Source: Deinococcales bacterium (GTDB lineage Bacteria > Deinococcota > Deinococci > Deinococcales > JAAFIG01). From it: 12,296 bases of DNA. Shown here one piece after another: positions 1-6,370 of this stretch (positions within the stretch are counted from its first letter, which is position 1; each line of letters begins with the position of its first letter). The DNA lies in assembly GCA_043778225.1 (NCBI GenBank), contig JAYWGM010000103.1, positions 1-12,296 on the forward strand, given 5' to 3'. Both the position numbers and the translations under genes were made by a program. The notes under the pieces are model-generated. The model was not told where the DNA came from. It did not search any database and worked only from the letters and a program-made list of their open reading frames with translations.

Positions 1-86
1 ACTTTGAGGGTTTACCGAGTACAACCGAATCTTGGGCTTATTTGGCGAATATTCAGTTGATTTTGAGACGTTTTGACACTTTATAA
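1..86 (+). CDS. IS5-family (IS1031-group-like) transposase, C-terminal fragment (5' end outside window)
   Basis: Not in the ORF track. Frame 3 reads FEGLPSTTESWAYLANIQLILRRFDTL* (TAA 84-86), which matches the IS5/IS1031-type transposase C-terminus pattern 'D(Y/F)ExLPxxxEaWiYLAxIxLxLRRl'. Confidence 0.8.
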   Translation, partial: FEGLPSTTESWAYLANIQLILRRFDTL

Positions 87-97
87 ACACGCTCTAA
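1..97 (+). mobile_element. Right end of an IS5-family insertion sequence: terminal IR ~80-94 and candidate TAA target duplication 95-97
   Basis: The transposase stop lies inside TTTATAAACACGCTC (reverse complement GAGCGTGTTTATAAA), which is followed by TAA. GA(A/G) ends and 3-bp TWA targets are typical of the IS1031 group. The left end is not visible. Confidence 0.7.
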
Positions 98-231
98 GAC
101 CACTTCCTTAATTCGTATCCTAGCCGATTTAACTCGAGACATATGAAAATTGCTTTGGCTATGCTCGAGCTTTTGGCTGCCTTATTTTAGCTTAATCGCT
201 ACAAGGCTTCCCTTTGTGACTGATAACCGCT

Positions 232-247
232 TAAAATGCAGAACATG
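232..247 (+). promoter_or_regulatory. -10 box TAAAAT 7 nt upstream of ATG 245 (leaderless-type promoter of prs)
   Basis: Sequence TAAAAT-GCAGAAC-ATG, with no Shine-Dalgarno before either ATG 236 or ATG 245. Confidence 0.55.
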
Positions 248-1207
248 GATCGCCCCTTGATGGTTTTTTCTGGTCAGTCAAACCCTGCACTCGCCCAAGA
301 AATTTGCGAGCATATCGGTATTCCGTTGGGGCGCTCGATGACCAGACGCTTTAGCAACGAAAATATCGAAGTGCAGTTCAAGGAATCCTTGCGCGAAGCC
401 GATGTGTTTATTGTTCAGTCGTTGTGCGGTAACGGCGAATATAACGTCTCGGATTCGATTATCGAGTTGCTGTTAATGATTTCGGCAGCCAAAAGCGCCA
501 GTGCTAACCGTGTCACGGCGGTGATTCCCTATTTTTCATATGCCCGCTCGGATAAAAAAGACCACCCACGTATCCCCATCGCGGCTCGAGTGATGGCGGA
601 TATGTTCCAAGTGGCTGGAGCAGACCGCGCCCTGATGATGACCCTCCACAGCCCTCAGGTGCATGGGTTTTTTAGTATCCCTGTAGACCACTTGAGTGCC
701 GAAGTGGTGATTGGTAATCATTTTATTACTACATTGCCTTCGCTCGAGGATGCGGTGGTGCTTGCTCCAGATGCTGGCGACATTAAACGCGCCTCGAGTT
801 TGGCGCAGCGTCTTGGTTGTGGCATTGCTTTTATAGACAAGCACCGTGTTTCGGATACGCGGGTCGAAGCTCGAGGACTGATTGGCGAAGTCAAAGATAA
901 AATTGTTTTAATTGTAGATGATGAAATCTCGACGGCTGGCAGTATTGTCGAGGCGGTCAGTGTGATTAAAGAAGCTGGCGCTCGAGAAGTTCATGTGGCT
1001 TGTTCGCATGGTGTTTATGTTGGACCAGCCGTTGAGCGTATTCGTGACTTAGATATTGTTGAGTGTGTCTCGACCAACACCTGCTATGTTGCCCCCGAGA
1101 AACTTGCCATGACCGACAAAATTAAAGTTTTATCGGTTGGTTCGGTTTTTGCCGAAGCGATTCAGCGCATTCATACTGGCGAAAGCGTAAGCACGATGTT
1201 TAACTAA
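245..1207 (+). CDS. prs: Ribose-phosphate pyrophosphokinase (PRPP synthetase); ORF track start 236, ATG 245 preferred
   Basis: Motifs [38 protein letters not shown], the PRT loop [11 protein letters not shown] and the C-terminal GESVSTMF. The '[12 protein letters not shown]' and 'DDEISTAGS' variants match Deinococcus-type Prs as I recall it. Confidence 0.97.
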   Translation: MDRPLMVFSGQSNPALAQEICEHIGIPLGRSMTRRFSNENIEVQFKESLREADVFIVQSLCGNGEYNVSDSIIELLLMISAAKSASANRVTAVIPYFSYARSDKKDHPRIPIAARVMADMFQVAGADRALMMTLHSPQVHGFFSIPVDHLSAEVVIGNHFITTLPSLEDAVVLAPDAGDIKRASSLAQRLGCGIAFIDKHRVSDTRVEARGLIGEVKDKIVLIVDDEISTAGSIVEAVSVIKEAGAREVHVACSHGVYVGPAVERIRDLDIVECVSTNTCYVAPEKLAMTDKIKVLSVGSVFAEAIQRIHTGESVSTMFN

Positions 1208-1318
1208 AAATGCTTCGGTGGTACAGATTTTAGCAACACTGCCATGCGCCGTTTGCTCGAGAAAAACGGTTGTACGATTAACCAAGAACAATGGGCATTT
1301 GCGTATTTGCCTCAATAA
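1208..1318 (+). pseudogene. 3' remnant of a GNAT-family acetyltransferase
   Basis: Reads KCFGGTDFSNTAMRRLLEKNGCTINQEQWAFAYLPQ*, containing the GNAT C-terminal motif 'T..SN.AM..L.EK.G'. There is no start for a full gene. Confidence 0.55.
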
Positions 1319-1347
1319 ACGAACCGCTCCTGCAAAGGCAAGAGCGG
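1314..1347 (-). terminator. Intrinsic terminator of the histone-like gene
   Basis: Minus-strand RNA CCGCUCUUGC-CUUU-GCAGGAGCGG forms a 10-bp stem with one G-U pair, followed by UUCGUUUAUU, about 20 nt after the stop at 1367. Confidence 0.8.
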
Positions 1348-1366
1348 AACAATAAACAAAAAAAGT

Positions 1367-1858
1367 TTAGGCTTTCTTTGCGGCTTTGGTGGCTTTCGCG
1401 GCTGGTTTTGCGGCGACAGCTTTTGCGGCTGGTTTAGCAGTTTTTGGAGTCTTTGCAGCTTTAGGAGCAGCTTTTGCAGCCTTAACTGCTGGCTTAGCAG
1501 CTTTGGCTACTGGTTTAGCGGCTTTAGGAGCAGCTTTTGCGGCTTTTGGAGCTTTGACTGCGGTTTTAGCGGCTTTAGGAGCAGCTTTCGCGGCAGCTTT
1601 TGGAGCTTTGACTGCGGTTTTAGCGGCTTTAGGAGCTTTTGCAGCTTTTGGTGCTTTGACTACTGGGTCAGCAGCTTTTGGAGCTTTGACTGCTGGTTTT
1701 GCAGCTTTTGGAGCTTTGACTGCGGTTGCTTTGGCAGTTGCAGTTGCTTTAGCTGGCTTAGCAGCTTTTGGAGCTTTGACTGCTGGTTTAGCAGCTTTTG
1801 CGGCTGCCTTTGGAGCAGCTTTTGCCGCTTTAGGAGCGGCGGTCTTTTCTTTTGCCAT
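1367..1858 (-). CDS. Histone H1-like, Lys/Ala/Pro-rich repeat protein (putative nucleoid-associated DNA-binding protein), 163 aa
   Basis: Almost entirely PKAAK/AVKAPKAAKP repeats with only two acidic residues. SD-like AAAGGGGGTGA lies 5 nt before ATG 1858, which is preferred over GTG 1867. It has its own promoter and terminator. Confidence 0.85.
   Translation of the reverse strand: MAKEKTAAPKAAKAAPKAAAKAAKPAVKAPKAAKPAKATATAKATAVKAPKAAKPAVKAPKAADPVVKAPKAAKAPKAAKTAVKAPKAAAKAAPKAAKTAVKAPKAAKAAPKAAKPVAKAAKPAVKAAKAAPKAAKTPKTAKPAAKAVAAKPAAKATKAAKKA
1542..1790. repeat. Intragenic tandem repeats of the histone-like gene
   Basis: 30-bp units beginning GCAGCTTTTGG(A/T)GCTTTGACT occur at 1641, 1671, 1701 and 1761. 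An identical 41-bp segment occurs at 1542-1582 and 1596-1636. Confidence 0.9.
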
Positions 1859-1887
1859 ATCACTCACCCCCTTTGGTTTGAGTCAAC

Positions 1888-1985
1888 GCACTTTTCCCAA
1901 GCGGCAATACGGGTTCTAGGGATACTTCCCGAGCCGCGCATTGAAGCGGAACAACTATATGTAGGGGTTTACTGGGAATAAGCAC
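1888..1985 (-). promoter_or_regulatory. Putative structured 5' leader of the histone-like gene
   Basis: Outer stem GUGCUU(A)UUCCCA / UGGGAAAAGUGC (1985-1973 with 1899-1888); its G-U pairs form only on the minus strand. Inner stems are GCGGC/GCCGC, CGGG/CCCG and GGGA-AGUA-UCCC. Confidence 0.45.
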
Positions 1986-1992
1986 CACAGAG

Positions 1993-2023
1993 AGTGTAGC
2001 ACGTTTTTGTGTCCTGTGTGCAA
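1993..2023 (-). promoter_or_regulatory. Extended -10 promoter TG-C-TACACT of the histone-like gene; TTGCAC 19 bp upstream
   Basis: Minus strand reads TTGCAC-N19-TACACT with a TGn extension. The predicted start near 1986 coincides with the 5' arm of the leader stem. Confidence 0.55.
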
Positions 2024-2184
2024 TATTTTCGCTACTCGAGTAAAAAAAGAAAGTTGATCTGACCTATACAGCGCCCATAAGCCTTATGGAAAGGCATTTT
2101 CTGTTTTTAGCAAAAAATAATATAAACATTACTTCTTAAAATATAGTATGGTAAATGCGCTAAAATAAACAAAATCTAAAGGCC

Positions 2185-2219
2185 AAAAAATCAAATCTCG
2201 GTCACTCGAGATTCGATTT
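2185..2219 (-). terminator. Intrinsic terminator of ptb
   Basis: Minus-strand RNA AAAUCGAAUCUCG-AGUGAC-CGAGAUUUGAUUU (13 bp, one G-U) runs into a U-tract about 22 nt after the ptb stop. Confidence 0.65.
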
Positions 2220-2240
2220 CTTAACTTAAAACTCAAATTT

Positions 2241-3215
2241 TTAAGCACTGCTTGGCTTAGCAAACTGTCCACGTTCAGAAAGGATGCACGCCAACGCAAT
2301 ACTATTAAATTTTGTTTCGCCACTGTCGGCTCTCGAGGTTAAAATCATTGGCGCACTTGCCCCCATAATAATTCCAGCCACGTTGCTTTCAGAAAAGTAA
2401 ACCAATGTCTTATAGAAGACATTTCCGACATCAATGTTGTCTACAATTAAAACATCGGCATGACCCGCCACAGGCGAAATAATCCCTTTGATTTCGGCGG
2501 CGGCTGGCGAGACCGCATTATCGAGCGCCAAAGGACCATCTATGGTTGCGCCTTTGATTTGTCCACGGTCGCCCATTTTGGAAATAATTGCGTCGTCTAC
2601 GGCGGTACTCATGTCTGGATTGACGACCTCAACGGCTGCCAGCATGGCGACTTTGGGTTTCTCGAGACCAAGAGCAATCGAAACCGCAACTGCATTTTGT
2701 ACAATTTCAATTTTGGCTTTGAGGTCAGGTTCGATGTTCATTGCCCCGTCGGACATACAAAAAAGCCGCTCAAATTTACCGGGTGCATCGAAGACCAAAA
2801 TATGGCTGAGTAATTTGCCCGTGCGAAGTCCCCATTCTTTATTTAATACCGCTCGCAGAATCGTGGCGGTGTCCACCAAACCTTTCATGATGATGTCGGC
2901 TCGACCTTCGCGCACCGCTTTGACTGCCAATTCTGAGGCTTGGGAATTGCTGCCTGCATGGTGAATCTCGAGTTTGGTGGCATCTATACCAAGTTCTAAA
3001 CAAACCGCTTTAATTTTTGTTTCGTTGCCAAAAAGAATTGGGTGAATCATCCCTTCAAGCCGTGCATTGTGAACCGCTTCAAGCACATGATCATCTTCGG
3101 CAGCCGCCACCGCCACCCGTTTTGTGCCACGCACTTGACCAATCAGTTTGGCTAAGCCGATTACGCTTCGCATATCGCGCAGGGGTTCGATGTGTGAAAA
3201 ATCAATGGTTTCCAT
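2241..3215 (-). CDS. ptb: Phosphate butyryltransferase / branched-chain phosphotransacylase (PTA_PTB family)
   Basis: Motifs VAVAAAED, ADIIMKGLVDT, DGAMNIEPD, DGPLALDNAVS, GHADVLIVDNIDVGNVFYK and GASAPMILTSRADS. The exact acyl specificity cannot be determined from sequence. Confidence 0.9.
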   Translation of the reverse strand: METIDFSHIEPLRDMRSVIGLAKLIGQVRGTKRVAVAAAEDDHVLEAVHNARLEGMIHPILFGNETKIKAVCLELGIDATKLEIHHAGSNSQASELAVKAVREGRADIIMKGLVDTATILRAVLNKEWGLRTGKLLSHILVFDAPGKFERLFCMSDGAMNIEPDLKAKIEIVQNAVAVSIALGLEKPKVAMLAAVEVVNPDMSTAVDDAIISKMGDRGQIKGATIDGPLALDNAVSPAAAEIKGIISPVAGHADVLIVDNIDVGNVFYKTLVYFSESNVAGIIMGASAPMILTSRADSGETKFNSIALACILSERGQFAKPSSA

Positions 3216-3230
3216 AAGGGGATAATAGCA
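3213..3230 (-). promoter_or_regulatory. Extended -10 (TGC-TATTAT) 6 nt before the ptb ATG; leaderless-type promoter
   Basis: Minus strand reads TGC TATTAT CCCCTT ATG, with no SD. Confidence 0.6.
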
Positions 3231-3231
3231 A

Positions 3232-3271
3232 GGTTAAAAGGTAAAAAGCATTAACCTTTGACCTTTTAACC
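3232..3271. repeat. Perfect 11-bp inverted repeat GGTTAAAAGGT-N18-ACCTTTTAACC built from degenerate 7-mers
   Basis: Arms at 3232-3242 and 3261-3271, lying between the MazG remnant stop and the ptb promoter. Confidence 0.75.
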
Positions 3272-3379
3272 CTAGCGGTTATCGCCAGCAATTTTTCCAC
3301 GCTCGAGCCTCGAGAACAGTTTTTCGATGTTGGCAGCTGCAACTTCCTCGAGCGTTAAAGCGAACTGGCACAAGAAATT
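3272..3379 (-). pseudogene. 3' remnant of a MazG-like nucleoside triphosphate pyrophosphohydrolase
   Basis: Not in the ORF track. Reads NFLCQFALTLEEVAAANIEKLFSRLERGKIAGDNR*, matching the family C-terminus 'L.LEEvA..Nl.KL.sR..RG.i.GsGDnR'. There is an in-frame TAG at 3380-3382 and the catalytic ExGD region is missing. Confidence 0.7.
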
Positions 3380-3402
3380 CTAAAAGACCAAAGCCAAACT
3401 GC

Positions 3403-4116
3403 TTATTTAGAGACGTAAACCAATAAATTCTTATTTTTTGGTGTCTGGGCTTTACCGGCACTAAAGGTTTTGAAGCCTTGGGCTTGGATGCTATAGGTAT
3501 AACTGCCATTTTCGAGATTGCCAAATAAAAATGGTGTTGTGCCTCGAGCCACTTCGAGACCATCTTTAGAAAGAATAACTGTGCCATTGACTGCTACTTT
3601 TCCATTAGTAAAGGCTGAAATCCGCACACGACAGGGGCATTTTGCATTGCTGGCGCTGCTTAAACCCTGCTGCACCGAAATTTTGCGCTTGATGCTCGAG
3701 CCATCGGCAGCCCGAACTTCAAATTCATATTCGCCGACGGCTGGGCTTGGTACATAAAACGACCATTGGCTGTTGGCATCGCTGCTGGTTGTCCCCTCGA
3801 GAACACCATTTTTATAAATCTCGAGATTTTCGCCATTCACGCCTGTTCCCTCGAGAATAAAATCTTGGGCATCGAGCGCTTCGGCTTGGGCAGGGTAGAT
3901 AAAAGCCATGACTGTGCCACTGGCATTGGGTGTGGCTGCCGCCGTGACCGTACCACTCGGGATTAAAACACCAGCCGCCGCTGCCAAGCCGATTAAGCCC
4001 CCACCAATGGCAATCATGATTGGTTTGCGTTTACGACCCATGCTCATCGAAACTGCACCCGCCACCAGCGTTCCTAAACCCAACAACAAAAGTGGTAAAA
4101 ACATCATTACATTCAT
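3403..4116 (-). CDS. Membrane-anchored surface protein: two N-terminal TM helices, an Ig-like domain and a carboxypeptidase-regulatory/PEGA-like beta domain
   Basis: SD GAGGAG 5 nt before ATG. Two hydrophobic segments are separated by GRKRK. Ig-like pattern 'GTG..G..LEIY.NG...GTT..DA...WSF......GEYEFEVRA.D'; C-terminal 'F.NLENGSYTYSIQAQGFKT'. Confidence 0.75.
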   Translation of the reverse strand: MNVMMFLPLLLLGLGTLVAGAVSMSMGRKRKPIMIAIGGGLIGLAAAAGVLIPSGTVTAAATPNASGTVMAFIYPAQAEALDAQDFILEGTGVNGENLEIYKNGVLEGTTSSDANSQWSFYVPSPAVGEYEFEVRAADGSSIKRKISVQQGLSSASNAKCPCRVRISAFTNGKVAVNGTVILSKDGLEVARGTTPFLFGNLENGSYTYSIQAQGFKTFSAGKAQTPKNKNLLVYVSK

Positions 4117-4273
4117 TCTTTCTCCTCAAAAAATATGCTCGAGCCTTTTGACTCGAGAACTGAATGCACCTAGTTTACCTAAAAAGCATGGGGCGGATGC
4201 ACCGATATGCTCGGGCGATGTACCTCAAGCCTCGAGTGAACCTTTTAAGGATTTGCCGACACTTATACATTAG

Positions 4274-4855
4274 ATGGATACTTATCTTTCTATGTCTGCT
4301 CCACCGTGGCAAAGTACACCCGAAGTCAGCGTGGATGCTGGTCAGGATTTGCGTTGGCTCGAGCGGGTAAAAAATACCGAATCTGAAGCCTTGAAATTCC
4401 TGTACGACAAGTACCATCTGGGTTTGTATCGTTTTTTGCGTTCCAGTCTGTCTCGAGAAGATGCCGAAGAAGTCGTGCAGGATGTGTTTTTAACTGTCTG
4501 GCGTAAACCCAATTTGTTTCGTGGTGAAGCCAGTGTTGCTTCGTGGTTGTTTGGGATTGCCAAAAACCTTGGGCGTAACCAAGCCCGCAAACAAAAGCAT
4601 CATTTGGCACTCGAGGAAAATGTGGCAGCAACCGTTTCAAAGTTACCGCAGCAACTCGAGTTTGAAATTGCACTGCAAGCTGTACGGCGTTTACCTGTGC
4701 AAGAAAAAGCAGTGATTGAACTGGTCTACCTTGCCGAACTGAGTTTACAAGAAGCTGCCTTGCAATTGCGTGTGCCACTTGGCACGGTTAAAAGCCGCTT
4801 ATTTGCGGCTCGAGAACACCTGCGGATTTTATTAGGAGACAATCATGCCCAATGA
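4274..4855 (+). CDS. ECF-family RNA polymerase sigma-70 factor (start uncertain: 4274, 4292 or GTG 4331)
   Basis: Region 2: DAEEVVQDVFLTVWRK...SWLFGIAKN. Region 4: LPVQEKAVIELVY...SLQEAALQLRVPLGTVKSRLFAAR. Confidence 0.95.
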   Translation: MDTYLSMSAPPWQSTPEVSVDAGQDLRWLERVKNTESEALKFLYDKYHLGLYRFLRSSLSREDAEEVVQDVFLTVWRKPNLFRGEASVASWLFGIAKNLGRNQARKQKHHLALEENVAATVSKLPQQLEFEIALQAVRRLPVQEKAVIELVYLAELSLQEAALQLRVPLGTVKSRLFAAREHLRILLGDNHAQ

Positions 4856-5549
4856 ATTAGAAGTGCTGAAAAACGGCGATGGTGGCGGTGAAGTCTGGCA
4901 GCGCATCGAACAGCAATTGTATCAGCCACCACCTGCACCGTTTATCTCGAGAATCCTTGAAAAATGGGGTTTAAGTGGTTCGCCACTCGAGGCTGCCATG
5001 CGTTTTGTGGGCATCATGCCTGTGTTGTTACTGGCGAGTATCAGTTCGTTGCTGCTGGGGATTTTCCTGCACAGTTCAGAACGCCATTGGAGCTTGGTTT
5101 TGCTGCTGCTCGCTCCATGTTGCAGTTCTTTAATTGGTGCGCTTGGTTTCCGCCAAGAACTCGATGCTAACGCCGAGTTAATCCGCTCGAGTTCCGATTT
5201 GCGTTTGTTGCTGCTGGCTCGGCAAATGCTGGTGTACGGTTTCATGCTGGTGCTGGTGCTGCCATTTGCTGCCTTTATTCCGCTCGAGTTACTGACCAAA
5301 TGGCTGATTCCAATTGTTTTTCTGAACGCTATTGGATTAGCGGTTGGATTGCACTTTGGTTCTAACACAGGTTTAGGTACAGCCTTATTTTTCTGGGCGT
5401 GGTTGGTTTGGTTGCAATTTCCTCGAGAACCATCTGAGCAAACCGTGCAACTGCCCGATTTTCCAAGTAACACCTTGCAACTGGTTGCGACGATTCTTTT
5501 GCTGCTCAGTGTCTGGTTCTATGCCGATAAACCACGGAGGGTTCTATGA
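4845..5549 (+). CDS. Multi-pass membrane protein, putative anti-sigma factor with a permease-like C-terminal region
   Basis: Overlaps the sigma stop; SD AGGAG. Short soluble N-terminus containing 'VWQRIEQQL', about 6 TM segments, and a permease-like 'ELIRSS...LLLARQMLV' loop. Confidence 0.7.
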   Translation: MPNELEVLKNGDGGGEVWQRIEQQLYQPPPAPFISRILEKWGLSGSPLEAAMRFVGIMPVLLLASISSLLLGIFLHSSERHWSLVLLLLAPCCSSLIGALGFRQELDANAELIRSSSDLRLLLLARQMLVYGFMLVLVLPFAAFIPLELLTKWLIPIVFLNAIGLAVGLHFGSNTGLGTALFFWAWLVWLQFPREPSEQTVQLPDFPSNTLQLVATILLLLSVWFYADKPRRVL

Positions 5550-6370
5550 TTCAAATGCTGGATATTCAACACCGTTACGGTAAACACATGGTTTTTAACA
5601 ATTTTCAGTTCTCGGTGGGCGCAGGTGTTCATGGTTTACTCGGACCAAATGGCGCTGGTAAAACCACTTTGCTTCGTATTCTGGCTACCCTGCACGCACC
5701 TCAACAAGGTCAGGTTAGTATCCTTGGGTTAAACCCACAAAAGCATCACGAACGCCTCGAGTTACGCCGTCAATTGGGGTACTTACCACAAGATTTTATG
5801 CCATATCCACAATTCAGTGCTTTTGAATTTGTTGAATACATTGCCATTCTTAAAGGCATGAAAAACATTACGCAACGCCGCAAAAAAGTCCTCGAGGTGT
5901 TGGCAGCCGTTGGTTTAGAATCAGAGGCACATCGTAAAGCAGGTGGTTTTTCTGGCGGAATGCGAAGACGGCTCGGTATCGCCCAAGCCATTGTCAACGA
6001 CCCTGCACTGCTGGTGGTGGATGAACCTACCGCAGGACTTGACCCTGCCGAACGAATTCGTTTTCGCTTACTTTTAACCAGCACCCAAGCCAAATGCACC
6101 ATTCTTAGCACCCACATTGTTGAAGATGTGACGGCTGTTGCCCCGCTTTTAAGTGTGCTGAACAAAGGACAACTTTTGTACCAAGGCACTGCGGGCGGGC
6201 TAACCACACACGCGGCTGGACAAGTGTTCCTCAGCAACGAACCCGTTGGCACAGTCATTGCTCGAGTTGGCAATCAGCACCGTGTCCTCACCCAAGAAAA
6301 AAACCTTGGTACATCGCTCGAGCCGAGTGTCGAAGAAGGGTACTTGGCTTTGATTGGTCGTGCCGCATGA
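5546..6370 (+). CDS. ABC transporter ATP-binding protein (ABC-2/DrrA-like exporter)
   Basis: Walker A GPNGAGKTT, signature FSGGMRRR, Walker B LLVVDEPT, H-loop LSTH. ATGA overlap with the upstream gene and SD GGAGG. Confidence 0.97.
   Translation: MIQMLDIQHRYGKHMVFNNFQFSVGAGVHGLLGPNGAGKTTLLRILATLHAPQQGQVSILGLNPQKHHERLELRRQLGYLPQDFMPYPQFSAFEFVEYIAILKGMKNITQRRKKVLEVLAAVGLESEAHRKAGGFSGGMRRRLGIAQAIVNDPALLVVDEPTAGLDPAERIRFRLLLTSTQAKCTILSTHIVEDVTAVAPLLSVLNKGQLLYQGTAGGLTTHAAGQVFLSNEPVGTVIARVGNQHRVLTQEKNLGTSLEPSVEEGYLALIGRAA

Noticed and set aside
143..190. 15-aa ORF MKIALAMLELLAALF upstream of prs
   Set aside because: No SD or suitably placed -10, and too short to support.
1367..1830. Regularly spaced ~30-bp repeats as a possible CRISPR array
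   Set aside because: There are no unique spacers, the repeat period is a multiple of 3 within an ORF, and there are no cas genes.
1386..1919. 177-aa hydrophobic plus-strand ORF that looks like a membrane protein
   Set aside because: It is the antisense shadow of the K/A/P repeat gene. The SD, promoter and terminator all support the minus strand.
1910..1940. GGTTCTAGGG resemblance to ykkC-class riboswitches
   Set aside because: It is on the wrong strand relative to the gene, and the remaining conserved ykkC motifs are absent.
1343..1954. 10-bp direct repeat AGCGGAACAA flanking the histone-like gene (1343-1352 and 1945-1954) as a target-site duplication
   Set aside because: There are no mobile-element hallmarks, the copies fall within the gene's own terminator and leader, and chance cannot be excluded.
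3299..3355. 9-bp inverted repeat ACGCTCGAG / CTCGAGCGT
   Set aside because: Mostly a by-product of two palindromic CTCGAG sites inside the MazG-like remnant.
3279..3587. 102-aa minus-strand ORF in the track
   Set aside because: It overlaps the Ig-domain gene out of frame, and the recognisable MazG-like signal is in a different frame.
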